From: an uncultured Spirochaetaceae bacterium
GTDB lineage: Bacteria; Spirochaetota; Spirochaetia; Sphaerochaetales; Sphaerochaetaceae
Length of the DNA: 38,869 bases
Assembly: GCA_964527335.1 (NCBI GenBank)
Contig: CAZGNN010000001.1
Coordinates: 1 to 38,869, forward strand
Reading direction: 5' to 3'
Positions 25,779 through 34,967 of the stretch are shown one piece after another (the stretch's first letter is position 1; each line of letters starts with the position of its first letter). The position numbers and the translations under genes were made by a program. The notes beneath the pieces were generated by a model. The model had not been told where the DNA came from and did no database searches. It saw nothing but the letters and a program-made list of their open reading frames with translations.

Positions 25779-27049
25779 AGCGAATACCATGTAAGGGCTG
25801 AGGCGGCGTCCTTTGTCTCGATGTATGACGGAAGATAGAGTGCAACGCGCCTGAGGCTCTTACAGAAGAGGTGTGACACCTCTCCGGTGAAGACCATGTC
25901 CCCGTCTTCTATGTCCCTCACGCTTCCGTCTTCCGAAAGGAGCGCGATGTGGCTTTCGAAGCTGATTGGCTCTGGAATGTCGATGATGACTTCCCATTCT
26001 TCGAGAGAGGGGTAATTCTCCTTCAGGCGGTGCCAGATGGCACCCTCCATCTCCTCCTTTCTCTCGAGGCTTTTTGCGGCGGTCTCTATCTTTCCTCCGT
26101 CCGTGTATTCCTTCTCCGCCTTCCTTTCCAAGAGGTCGTTGTGCTCGACCCTGTCGACAAGAACAAGGGACGGAGTCTCTGGCATATGTCCGAGACAGAG
26201 TGCGTTGAACTCGTTGTCGTCGAGGTAGTAGAGGTCGTCGTAGTGGATTGAACCCTGGAGCAGTGCTTCTGTGAGGGCCTTCTTGATCATGCACGTTGCG
26301 GCCCTCACTCCCTTATGCCAGTAGAGGGAGCGGTACATCATGTACTTCGAGAAAAGTATCTGCTCCACACTCGAAACAGCTTCCTTCTCGAGACATAAGC
26401 GTCCCTGTGAATACGAGAGTGATGATATTATGAAGTCAGTGTCCTGCCTGCCGTACGTCAGTCCGCTGAAGTAGCCGTCGCGGGAAAGATAGTCAAGCTT
26501 GTCCGGGTCAAGTGTTCCCGATAAGACATTCCTGTAGAAGAGCGTCTCCTCGTCCCCCGTAAGCTGGTCCTTGTCGATGATGGCCGCAGTGACGGAGGGG
26601 TCTGCACCTGTCTTTCTCACGGCTTCGTTGAGTTCCGGACGGTTTTGAATCATATCTGCCGCGATTTCCTCGTGTTCCCTTATTGCAAGCTCCTTTAAGG
26701 AGTGCGCGTACGGGAAGTGCCCGATGTCGTGAAGAAGGCATGCCGATAAAAAGCTCATTATCCCCTTTTCGGTGAAGGGGAGCGTGTCTGCCTTTCTCGA
26801 GAGCGAGAGAAGAATCTGTCGCCCCAGGTGATAGACACCTATCGAGTGGTCGAGACGTGTATGGACTGCCCCGGGATAGATATGGTAACTCGGGCCGTTC
26901 TGCTTTATCCTGGCAAGCTTCTGCACATCCCTCACTTCCGTAAGGGCCTTGAGAGCCCTGGTCATCGGAATGCTCTGCCAGAGGGGATCCTTTACAAAGT
27001 GGGTGAAACCCCTGTTGAGTATATCCTGTGCTTCATTTCTGTTCATCAC
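25775..27049 (-). CDS. HD-domain dNTP triphosphohydrolase-like protein (COG1078 / EF1143 / SAMHD1-like)
   Basis: 424 aa. VKDPLWQSIPM..VQKLARIKQNG..PGAVHTRLDHSIGVYHL and LLHDIGHFPYAHS are the HD motifs of this family. The start is GTG 27049 or the adjacent ATG 27046. Confidence 0.85.
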   Translation of the reverse strand: MMNRNEAQDILNRGFTHFVKDPLWQSIPMTRALKALTEVRDVQKLARIKQNGPSYHIYPGAVHTRLDHSIGVYHLGRQILLSLSRKADTLPFTEKGIMSFLSACLLHDIGHFPYAHSLKELAIREHEEIAADMIQNRPELNEAVRKTGADPSVTAAIIDKDQLTGDEETLFYRNVLSGTLDPDKLDYLSRDGYFSGLTYGRQDTDFIISSLSYSQGRLCLEKEAVSSVEQILFSKYMMYRSLYWHKGVRAATCMIKKALTEALLQGSIHYDDLYYLDDNEFNALCLGHMPETPSLVLVDRVEHNDLLERKAEKEYTDGGKIETAAKSLERKEEMEGAIWHRLKENYPSLEEWEVIIDIPEPISFESHIALLSEDGSVRDIEDGDMVFTGEVSHLFCKSLRRVALYLPSYIETKDAASALTWYSL

Positions 27050-27094
27050 GGATTATTATATCATCAGAGCGGGTTTTTCATATATACTAGCGTC

Positions 27095-27460
27095 ATGAAA
27101 AGAATCACCGTTTTCATGGCTGTGCTGTTATCATCAATTCTTCTTTTCGCCACCGTTGCCCCCACATCTTCTGCAATCGGGAAGGTATGTGTCTCGCCTG
27201 AGGAGGGAAGCAGCGAATACCTTATATGGGCAGCCGTGAAGGATGAGTACAGTGACGCCTGGCTTGAAAAGTACACATCGTCTCCCGTTCCCTTCGCTCT
27301 TGCGTACTCCTCGTCTCTCTCGTCCCTTCTTCCTCTCGATAACTCTCTTGTCTCCGTGGAGACTGACGGGGAAGTGAAGGTCCTCGACCTGGAGAGCGGG
27401 GCCGTGATCACATTCATAATGAAGGAGGGCAGGATAGCCGCCCTCCGTGTAGATGAATGA
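27095..27460 (+). CDS. small hypothetical secreted protein
   Basis: ATG 27095 gives MKRITVFMAVLLSSILLFATVAPTSSAIG (signal peptide), 121 aa in total. The upstream part of track ORF 26828 is antisense to the HD gene. There is no SD, and TATACT lies 6 nt upstream. No family signature. Confidence 0.45.
   Translation: MKRITVFMAVLLSSILLFATVAPTSSAIGKVCVSPEEGSSEYLIWAAVKDEYSDAWLEKYTSSPVPFALAYSSSLSSLLPLDNSLVSVETDGEVKVLDLESGAVITFIMKEGRIAALRVDE
27424..27446 (-). terminator. possible pepF terminator hairpin embedded in the 3' end of the convergent small ORF
   Basis: GGAGGGC (27424-27430) pairs with GCCCTCC (27440-27446) across a 9-nt loop. On the minus strand it lies 26 nt past the pepF stop and is followed by TTCATTATG, a weak T-tract. 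Confidence 0.35.
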
Positions 27461-27471
27461 GTTTCCTCTTC

Positions 27472-29244
27472 TTATTTTGTCAGTTCTTCGAGTCTGTCGA
27501 GAAGCGCGTTGAAGTGTTCGGCTGTTGCCTTTACCGCATCGCTCTTCGACATGTCGACGCCTGCAACCTTCAGTGCCTCGATGGGGTAGCGTGAGCCTCC
27601 TGACTTGAGGAACGTGAGATAGTCGTTCTTCTCCTTCTCTCCGCCGTTGAGTACCCTCTCCGAGAGTGCAATCGATGCCGCGATTCCCGTCGCGTACTTG
27701 TAGACGTAGAATGCGTTGTAGAAGTGAGGAATCCTGAGTCCTTCCATATCCGAATTGGATTCGAACTCGAGTCTCGGGCCGAAGTATGCTTCGAGTAGGC
27801 CCCTGTACGTCTTTCTCATGTAGTCGATGGTGAGCGGTGTGCCGTTCTCGGCTGCTTCGTGCAGGAGAAGCTCGTACTCCGCGAACATCGTCTGACGGAA
27901 GAATGTCGCGACAATATCCTCAAGCTGCTTCGAAACAAGGTATGCTTCCTCTTCTCTGCTCTCTGCATTCTTTATGAGGTAGTGGGAGAGAAGGTTCTCG
28001 TTGAACGTCGATGCAACCTCCGCTTCGAAGATCGTGTAGTCATAAGAGGGGAATGGGTTGTTGTGTGACGAGAAGTAGGAGTGCATCGAGTGTCCGCCTT
28101 CGTGGATGAGCGTGAAGACGCTGTCGAGCACCTCTTCCTCGAAGTTCGTGAGGATGTAGGGGTTCCCCCTGAAACCGCCAGAGGAGAAGGCTCCGCTTCT
28201 CTTTCCTTTATTCTCATAGCGATCGACCCAGCGACCCTTCGTGAGACCGTTCACAAGGGTTTTTGAATAGTCCTCTCCGAGGGGCTTCACTGCTTCCTTT
28301 ATGATGGCGACTGCCTCGTCGTATGTGTGGCGGCCGTTGACTTCCGGTACCATCGCGACATAGACATCGTAGTGCTTGAGCCTGTCCTTGTGGAGCATCT
28401 TCGCCCTGAGGTCATAGTATCTGTGAAGATACGGGAATGCCTTGTGGACGTTCTCGATGAGAGATGTGTAGACGCTCTTTTCGACATTGTCGGGGAAGAG
28501 TGCACATTCGAGCGAGCTGCTGTAGCCGCGGGCACGGGAGATGAAGATGTCGTTCTTTATCGAACCCTCGTAGATACGTGCGAGTATATGCTGGTGCTTC
28601 TCGTAGACGGAGTAGAGCTTCTCGTATGTTTCCTTCCTGATGCTCTCGTCCTCGCTTCTTATGAACTTCGCGAACGTGGAGTGGGTGAGCTTCTCGCCCC
28701 TTACCTCTCCGAAGTCGAAGTCGATGTTGTTCGCATCCCCGAATGCCTGCTGGTAACCGCTTCTGTTTGCAGAGAAGAGACTCATGATCCTCTCTTCCTT
28801 GTCCGAGAGTACATGCTCCTTCATTCTTCTTGCCTTCGTGATGTAGATCCTGTAGTCCCTGTTTCTCTCTTCTGCAAGATATGATTCAACAGTCTCATCC
28901 GAGAGTGCCATGATCTCCGGGTCCATCCAGCTTGTGGCCTCGGCAACCTTGCTGTTGAGCATGTCCGCGAGTCCCGCATCCTCCATGACAAGCGGATTCG
29001 AGGAATCTGCAGAGTAGTTGAGGTAAGCCCAGTGCAGTGTCGTCTCCTCATCAAGGAGGAAGGAGAAGAAGATTTCGAGTGCATTGTGGAATGCATCCGG
29101 AGACTCCTCTAGTCTTCCCTTATACTCGCTGAGAGAAGGAAGCCTCTCCTCAAGGTCCTTCAGCTTCTTTCTGTAGTCATCCCTGTCTCTGCAGAGTGCA
29201 GAGAGGTCCCATGTGTCGTTTACTTTCTGATCCTTTCGTTCCAT
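27472..29244 (-). CDS. pepF: oligoendopeptidase F (M3B metallopeptidase)
   Basis: 590 aa. Zinc motif TLIHEGGHSMHSYF (HExxH). Size and layout are typical of PepF. Confidence 0.92.
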   Translation of the reverse strand: MERKDQKVNDTWDLSALCRDRDDYRKKLKDLEERLPSLSEYKGRLEESPDAFHNALEIFFSFLLDEETTLHWAYLNYSADSSNPLVMEDAGLADMLNSKVAEATSWMDPEIMALSDETVESYLAEERNRDYRIYITKARRMKEHVLSDKEERIMSLFSANRSGYQQAFGDANNIDFDFGEVRGEKLTHSTFAKFIRSEDESIRKETYEKLYSVYEKHQHILARIYEGSIKNDIFISRARGYSSSLECALFPDNVEKSVYTSLIENVHKAFPYLHRYYDLRAKMLHKDRLKHYDVYVAMVPEVNGRHTYDEAVAIIKEAVKPLGEDYSKTLVNGLTKGRWVDRYENKGKRSGAFSSGGFRGNPYILTNFEEEVLDSVFTLIHEGGHSMHSYFSSHNNPFPSYDYTIFEAEVASTFNENLLSHYLIKNAESREEEAYLVSKQLEDIVATFFRQTMFAEYELLLHEAAENGTPLTIDYMRKTYRGLLEAYFGPRLEFESNSDMEGLRIPHFYNAFYVYKYATGIAASIALSERVLNGGEKEKNDYLTFLKSGGSRYPIEALKVAGVDMSKSDAVKATAEHFNALLDRLEELTK

Positions 29245-29843
29245 TATCTGTTGATTTCCTTTTCAATCAGTTCTCTGATTATCCTTGCAGCCTTGCCGCG
29301 GTGTGAGTATTTGTCCTTTTCGCCTTCCTCGAGCTCTGCGACAACGCATCCCGCCTCGTTGTTGTAGAATACAGGGTCATAGCCGAAGCCTCCGTTGCCG
29401 CTTGAGGGTGTGAGTGCGATATGACCCTCACTGTTCTCCTGTATTACATAGATGCGGGTGGGGGAGAGATAGAGGCAGACAGCGCAGGCGAATACTGCCT
29501 CCCTGTCCTCGATTCCCTCCATGTTCTCGAGAAGGAACATGTACTTCTCCCTGTCGGAGAGCTTACGTCCCTTCTCCTCCTCGCCGTAACGTGCCGTGTG
29601 GATTCCCGGTTTTCCCCCCAGGGCCTTTACGCACAGTCCCGAGTCGTCCGAGAGCACCGGCTGGTGCACGATGTCATAAAGGGTTTTCGCCTTGATTACC
29701 GCATTGTCGATGAACGTCTCTCCGTTCTCGTCCGGGTCGAAAGCTATTCCCTCTTCCTTGGGAAGTGTCAGTTCGAAGCCCCCGAGGAGCCTTGACATCT
29801 CCTTCTTCTTGTGGTCATTGCCTGATGCAAAGTAGAGTTTCAT
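29244..29843 (-). CDS. rdgB: dITP/XTP pyrophosphatase (Ham1/RdgB family)
   Basis: 199 aa. MKLYFASGNDHKKKEM, SDDSGLCV and GGFGYDPVF are Ham1-family motifs. The stop shares 1 nt (TAATG) with the pepF start. Confidence 0.9.
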   Translation of the reverse strand: MKLYFASGNDHKKKEMSRLLGGFELTLPKEEGIAFDPDENGETFIDNAVIKAKTLYDIVHQPVLSDDSGLCVKALGGKPGIHTARYGEEEKGRKLSDREKYMFLLENMEGIEDREAVFACAVCLYLSPTRIYVIQENSEGHIALTPSSGNGGFGYDPVFYNNEAGCVVAELEEGEKDKYSHRGKAARIIRELIEKEINR

Positions 29844-29862
29844 GCTCTGATGATAAGGGAAT

Positions 29863-30870
29863 TCAAGTGAAATTTAAATCACTTATTCTCTCGAGTTCCT
29901 TCCTGATGAGACAGATTCCCATGCTGACCGTACTTCTCGAAAGCCCCATCGCCGATGCGATGTCTTCGTGGATTACCCCCTTCACGCAGCGGCTTGCATC
30001 CTCGAGGCGGTTGCGGTGGCACCTCACCTGCGAGAGGTAGTTCTCCTTGAGAACGCGGTATTCCTCCTGACTGGAGGCCCTGTACATGCTGTTCTTGATT
30101 CTCGCCATCATGCGCCAGTGCATGGCCGCCTTCTCGAGATTTCTGTCACGCTCGGGGTAGCTGCGGCGTATTATCTCGTTCTTGAGATAGAGAAGGCGCG
30201 CAAATGCCGCTTCGTCCACCTGGAAGACGCGGGCATAGTTCTTCGCATCCTTCTCCTCGTCTCCTCCAGGAGGAAGGGAGAGGATGAAGAGGAGGAAGTT
30301 ACGTCTGAAATATTTTCTCTCGAGCTTGTTTTTCAGAATCCTTTCCCGCCTTGACCTCACGGGCGGCGAGAACCAGGAGCGCTGTTCCACGATGTACTTC
30401 GTCACGTCAGTCATGGTCATCGCGGAAAATCGGGTGGGGTTGCACATGAGAATGGAGTAGAGGGGGTGTTCCTTCTCCTCCGTGGTGTGGTCCTCGTCGA
30501 CGGAGTAGAACTCGCACGACTCACTCATGTATTCGGCCTCTATGGACCTTCTTGTTCCCGGATTCTTCCTCACTCTCCGTATGCGGTAGATGCATACCTG
30601 CTTCAGGTAGTGGTTGAAGCTGTGCGATGCGATACGGTAGGAACGGATGACCTTCTCCAGGTCGTCATAGATGTTCAGGAACACCGATGAGATCATGTCA
30701 TCATTCATCAGGAGCTGCTCCTTGCATATGAGATAGACAAGCTCCTTCGTCCTCTCCTTTATGTACCTTCCTTCCTCCGTGTCTGTCCTCTGGTCCTTCC
30801 GTGCGTTGTAGCGGATGACAGCCTCCGAAAATGCCATGTCTTCGGCATCCGTCAGTAAATCTTTTCTCAT
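29863..30870 (-). CDS. divergent sigma-70-like / HTH regulatory protein
   Basis: 335 aa. The N-terminal third has a sigma region 2-like pattern (DDMISSVFLNIYDDLEKVIRSYRIASHSFNHYLKQVCIYRIRRVRKN). The C-terminus has a region 4-like HTH (VIHEDIASAMGLSRSTVSMGICLIRKELERI). About 190 aa of Arg-rich sequence lie between them. The call rests on pattern only. Confidence 0.45.
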   Translation of the reverse strand: MRKDLLTDAEDMAFSEAVIRYNARKDQRTDTEEGRYIKERTKELVYLICKEQLLMNDDMISSVFLNIYDDLEKVIRSYRIASHSFNHYLKQVCIYRIRRVRKNPGTRRSIEAEYMSESCEFYSVDEDHTTEEKEHPLYSILMCNPTRFSAMTMTDVTKYIVEQRSWFSPPVRSRRERILKNKLERKYFRRNFLLFILSLPPGGDEEKDAKNYARVFQVDEAAFARLLYLKNEIIRRSYPERDRNLEKAAMHWRMMARIKNSMYRASSQEEYRVLKENYLSQVRCHRNRLEDASRCVKGVIHEDIASAMGLSRSTVSMGICLIRKELERISDLNFT

Positions 30871-31047
30871 AACTCCCTCTTCCTTTCCCTCTTATATGGG
30901 TAATTACTCTTTATGATAGAAGTGTGCCATGAGGAGAAAGAAATGACTTGAAGTCTGTTTTATGATATATAGAGCCGTTAAAGTGCAAATATGGAGTTTC
31001 TTTTCATCCGGTTGATTGTTTTTCTCCTCGGAATTAAGATTCGCACT

Positions 31048-31659
31048 ATGAGTGACCGGAAAAGGAAAGCTGCACTTTTTGTGAACGCTGCTGTCATTGT
31101 CTTCGAGCTCTATGCTCTCTCCCGGACGTTCTTCTTCATGAACGGCTTCTTCGATATCTCTGCATTCCTGTTCTACACGAACGACAGCAACATATTCGCG
31201 CTTGTTTCTTCCGTCCTCTATGCGGTTTCTTCCCTGAACGGGAAAAAGACCGGCGTAAGGCTGAGGTTCATGGCCACATCCTCTCTGACACTCACGTTCC
31301 TTGTCGTCATATGTGTCCTCATCCCCCTGGAAAAGGAGAGTGCCTCCTATCTTCTCTTTGACAGGGCATGCTTCTTCGAGCATCTCGTGTGCCCGATCCT
31401 TTCTTTCGTGTCGTTCGTCTTCTTCGAGGACGGCTCGGCTCTGACAAGGAAGGATGCATTATCTGCAGTGCTGCCGACTGCCGTCTATGCCTCAATCATG
31501 ATAATTCTCAATATGGTGAGGGTAGTGGAGGGACCGTACCCGTTCCTCAGGGTCTGTGAGCAGCCATTATATATGTCGGTTATATGGTTCTTCGTGATCT
31601 TCGGCGGGGATTATCTCATTTCGCGGGGCATTCTCTTCCTCGCAAAGAGGCAAAGATAA
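31048..31659 (+). CDS. polytopic membrane protein, possibly Pr6Pr (AIG1/FAR-17a-like) family
   Basis: About 6 predicted TM helices. FLFYTNDSNIFALVSS and FFEHLVCPILSFVSF resemble the two conserved Pr6Pr blocks (FT..SN and H...P). The start is ATG 31048 (positive-inside MSDRKRK) or ATG 30991. Confidence 0.45.
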   Translation: MSDRKRKAALFVNAAVIVFELYALSRTFFFMNGFFDISAFLFYTNDSNIFALVSSVLYAVSSLNGKKTGVRLRFMATSSLTLTFLVVICVLIPLEKESASYLLFDRACFFEHLVCPILSFVSFVFFEDGSALTRKDALSAVLPTAVYASIMIILNMVRVVEGPYPFLRVCEQPLYMSVIWFFVIFGGDYLISRGILFLAKRQR

Positions 31660-31660
31660 A

Positions 31661-31678
31661 GCTCCGGTTTCCCGGAGC
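31661..31678. terminator. hairpin between the convergent membrane-protein gene and clpX
   Basis: GCTCCGG (31661-31667), loop TTTC, CCGGAGC (31672-31678). The minus strand continues TTTATCTTTG, which favours a role as the clpX terminator. Confidence 0.5.
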
Positions 31679-31683
31679 CTATG

Positions 31684-32934
31684 TCATTTCATTTCGAGGA
31701 GTCTGTTATCCATTCCGATTACCTTCGGCTTTGTTCCCTTCGTGACGCTGTCTTCGTCGACGATGAGTTCCTTCACGCCCGGAACGGACGGAACGGAGTA
31801 GGAGACATCCATCATCAGATTCTCGACGATGCTCCTGAGACCGCGCGCTCCCGTCTTCTGCTCGAAGGACTTCTTCGCAATCGCCTTTACGGCTTCATCA
31901 GTGAATGTGAGCTTTATGCCGTCAAGCGCAAACGACGTCGTGTACTGCTTTATTATGGAGTTCTTCGGCTCCGTGAGTATTCTCACGAGGTCCTCTTCCT
32001 TGAGGTTCTCGAGACTTACGTGAATCGGGAGTCTGCCTATGAATTCTGGAATGAGACCGAATTTCACGAGGTCATCCGGATGGAGAAGCTTGAAGAGCTC
32101 TCCGAGTTCCTTCTCCTCGTTCTCCTCGACCTTTGCTCCGAAGCCCATTGAAGACACCGCAGTTCTCTTTTCGATTACCTTGTCCAGTCCCACGAAGGCA
32201 CCGCCGCAGATGAAGAGGATGTTCGAAGTGTCGATCTTGAGCATCTCCTGGTTCGGGTGCTTTCTTCCGCCCTGCGGAGGAACGGATGCGACCGTTCCCT
32301 CGATTATCTTCAGGAGTGCCTGCTGGACACCTTCTCCCGAGACATCACGGGTGATGGAGACGTTCTCTCCCTTCTTTGCAATCTTGTCTATCTCGTCGAT
32401 GAAGACGATTCCCTTCTCGGCCTTCTGGATGTCGAAGTCTGCAGCCTCGATGAGCTTGAGGAGGATGTTCTCGACATCCTCTCCGACATAGCCCGCTTCT
32501 GTCAGCGTCGTTGCGTCGGCTATTGCAAACGGTACATTCAGTTTCTTTGCAAGGGTTCTGGCGAGCAGGGTCTTTCCGGTGCCTGTCGGTCCGATAAGAA
32601 GAATGTTCGACTTATCGATTTCGACACCGCTTTCCTTGATCTTCTCGGCGTACTTGATTCTCTTGTAGTGGTTGTAGACTGCAACGGAGAGTACCTTCTT
32701 GGCATCATCCTGACCTATGACGTACTCGTCGAGGTACTTCTTGATTTCCTCGGGTGTGGGGATTTCGAGAGACTCGAATCCGTCCTCTCCCGCTTCCTTC
32801 TTCTGGCTGCGGATGATTTCGTTGCAGGTTTCTATGCAGTTCTCGCAGATTGCGATTCCCGGACCCGTCACGGCTCTCAGGTGCCCGTCGAGGGGCTGAC
32901 CGCAGAACGAGCAGTACTTAACGTTTCTAGCCAT
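31684..32934 (-). CDS. clpX: ATP-dependent Clp protease ATP-binding subunit ClpX
   Basis: 416 aa. N-terminal zinc finger CSFCGQ...CENC, Walker [12 protein letters not shown], and IFIDEIDKI. Confidence 0.97.
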   Translation of the reverse strand: MARNVKYCSFCGQPLDGHLRAVTGPGIAICENCIETCNEIIRSQKKEAGEDGFESLEIPTPEEIKKYLDEYVIGQDDAKKVLSVAVYNHYKRIKYAEKIKESGVEIDKSNILLIGPTGTGKTLLARTLAKKLNVPFAIADATTLTEAGYVGEDVENILLKLIEAADFDIQKAEKGIVFIDEIDKIAKKGENVSITRDVSGEGVQQALLKIIEGTVASVPPQGGRKHPNQEMLKIDTSNILFICGGAFVGLDKVIEKRTAVSSMGFGAKVEENEEKELGELFKLLHPDDLVKFGLIPEFIGRLPIHVSLENLKEEDLVRILTEPKNSIIKQYTTSFALDGIKLTFTDEAVKAIAKKSFEQKTGARGLRSIVENLMMDVSYSVPSVPGVKELIVDEDSVTKGTKPKVIGMDNRLLEMK

Positions 32935-33529
32935 TCTTCCTCATCACCTTGTCGACAATGCCGTATTCGACGGCTTCGTCGGCACTCATGTAGTAGTCGC
33001 GCGAAATATCCTTCGTGACATCGTCCGTGCTCTTTCCCGTATGGAATGCGAGAATCGATGTCGTGAGGGCCTTGATCCTCTGCATCTCCCTGTTCGTGAC
33101 GATGATGTCCGTTGCCTGACCTTCGGCTCCGCCGGAGGGCTGGTGAATCATGACGCGTGCGGAGGGGAGAATGAAGCGGTTATCCTTTGCTCCACCCGCA
33201 AGGATGATTGCCGCCATCGAGCATGCCTGACCGATGCAGATAGTCCTTACAGGACATGCGATGTACTGCATCGTGTCGTAGATGGCAAGTCCCGCAGTGA
33301 CGCTTCCGCCGGGAGAGTTGATGTAGAGGTTGATGTCCTTCTTCGGATTCTCGCTCTCGAGGAACAGAAGCTGTGCGACGACGAGGTCTGCCATGGCATC
33401 CGTCACCTCACCGTCGACGAAGATTATCCTGTCCTTCAGAAGTCTTGAGAAAATATCATAGGTACGCTCCCCGGTACCTGTCTGTTCAAGTACATAGGGA
33501 ACGTATGTATTCATTTTGGGTCTAGCCAA
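32927..33529 (-). CDS. clpP: ATP-dependent Clp protease proteolytic subunit ClpP
   Basis: [22 protein letters not shown], catalytic Ser GQACSMAA and His IHQPSGG. The TTG start at 33529 has GAGGAG 6 nt upstream; ATG 33514 is the alternative. Overlaps clpX by 8 nt. Confidence 0.95.
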   Translation of the reverse strand: MARPKMNTYVPYVLEQTGTGERTYDIFSRLLKDRIIFVDGEVTDAMADLVVAQLLFLESENPKKDINLYINSPGGSVTAGLAIYDTMQYIACPVRTICIGQACSMAAIILAGGAKDNRFILPSARVMIHQPSGGAEGQATDIIVTNREMQRIKALTTSILAFHTGKSTDDVTKDISRDYYMSADEAVEYGIVDKVMRKNG

Positions 33530-33532
33530 GTC

Positions 33533-34861
33533 TTACTCCTCTTCGGCCTTCTTCTCGACTGCCTTGAAGCTGTTGTTCTCGACGAGGAACGGAATGACTT
33601 TCTGGTACTTGAGGTCTTCCTTCACATATTCCTTGTATGCATCTCTGTTCTTCTCGTCAATCTTCTCGTAGGCATCCTTGCCGCCGAGTGCCTCGATGAT
33701 TTCGTCTTCAGTCACCTCGAAGTCTTCCTTGTCTGCGATAGCGGAGAGGAGAACTTCTCTCTTTGCATCCTCTGCAGCTCCGTCCTTCCAGGAAGCAAGG
33801 AGGCCTTCCTTTGTCTGGCCGTTGTGCTTCAGCATCTCGAGAAGTGTCTTCTCGTCACCGAATGTCTGTCTCACGAACGTATTCCACTGGTTGTCGAGAA
33901 CCGTGGTGACCATTGTCTCCGGTACGGTGAAGGAAACCTTCTCCATGAGCGCCTTCACGACAGCGTCGCCCTTGACGTTCTTCCTGTATTCCTCGGCCTT
34001 TTCCTCGAGGTCCTTTCTGACGCCTGCCTTGAGGTCGGCGACAGTCTTGTACTCTTCCTTCACATCCTGTGCAAAGTCGTCATCGACTTCGGGGAGCTCT
34101 CTCTTCTTGAGTTTCGTGAGGGTGATGGAAATCTTCACGCTCTTGTTCTTGAACTCCTCTTCCGGAGCATCCTCTTCGCCGTAGGTCTTTTCGACTTCCT
34201 TGCTGTCCCCTGCATTCATGCCGACGATGTCGCTGTCAATCTTGAAGAGGTTGTATGTCTTACCGAGAGTGAGGGAGAAATCCTTTCTGGAATAATCAGC
34301 CTTCTCCTCACCGTCAACGCTTACCGTGTAGTCGACTGTTGCGATATCACCATCCTCGGCCGGAGTTGTCTTGTTGACGACGATTGCGTTCTGGTCTCTG
34401 AGGTTCTCGATTTCCTTTTCAACATCCTCGTCCGTGACGCTCTTGTCTGCGAATTCGACTTCAAGTCCCTTGTACTCGGGAAGGTCGAAGACCGGGAAGA
34501 TGTCATACTTTACAGTATATGTGACATCGCTGTCCTTCTTGAACGGAATGAGCTTCTCTTCATCCTGAAGCTCGGGAACACAGTAGGAGATGGGTCTCTC
34601 CTTCTTGTCGAGTGTCTCGATTGTTTCCTTGAGAGAGGATTCCATGAGGTCGAATGTGACTTCCTCCCTTACCTGGTCGCCGATCTTTCTCTCTACTACT
34701 GAAAGCGGAGTGTGACCCTTTCTGAAACCGGGCATTTCGATTTCCTTGGCATATTTCGTGAGCTTTTCGCTGTATGCCTTTTCGATGGATGCAGCATCGA
34801 TTGTAAGTGTCAATGATGCCTGACTGTTCCCTAAATCTGTAAATTTCTTTTCAGTTACCAT
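33533..34861 (-). CDS. tig: trigger factor
   Basis: 442 aa. Ribosome-binding signature PGFRKGHTPLSVVERK, a central FKBP-like segment, and the conserved tig-clpP-clpX order. Confidence 0.93.
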   Translation of the reverse strand: MVTEKKFTDLGNSQASLTLTIDAASIEKAYSEKLTKYAKEIEMPGFRKGHTPLSVVERKIGDQVREEVTFDLMESSLKETIETLDKKERPISYCVPELQDEEKLIPFKKDSDVTYTVKYDIFPVFDLPEYKGLEVEFADKSVTDEDVEKEIENLRDQNAIVVNKTTPAEDGDIATVDYTVSVDGEEKADYSRKDFSLTLGKTYNLFKIDSDIVGMNAGDSKEVEKTYGEEDAPEEEFKNKSVKISITLTKLKKRELPEVDDDFAQDVKEEYKTVADLKAGVRKDLEEKAEEYRKNVKGDAVVKALMEKVSFTVPETMVTTVLDNQWNTFVRQTFGDEKTLLEMLKHNGQTKEGLLASWKDGAAEDAKREVLLSAIADKEDFEVTEDEIIEALGGKDAYEKIDEKNRDAYKEYVKEDLKYQKVIPFLVENNSFKAVEKKAEEE

Positions 34862-34967
34862 TTTATCTGGAACTCCCTTGCAAATATGTTGTTACGTGAT
34901 AGTAGCCAAACTAATATATACTTTTTCATTTTGTTTGTACATAAGCCACATTTTCAACATAACCAGG

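Noticed and set aside
25017-27049. The HD dNTPase-like and PP-loop ATPase pair as a candidate anti-phage defence module (dNTP depletion type).
   Set aside because: The pair is embedded in a coupled operon with mutL, in a region that is otherwise pure core genome. There are no integrase, transposase, tRNA-flanked island boundaries, compositional break or neighbouring defence genes. I kept it only as a housekeeping-module finding.
32257-34702. Long + strand ORFs 32257-33018 (253 aa) and 33824-34702 (292 aa), antisense to clpX/clpP and tig.
   Set aside because: Same codon-bias artefact. The sense-strand genes carry textbook ClpX, ClpP and trigger factor motifs.
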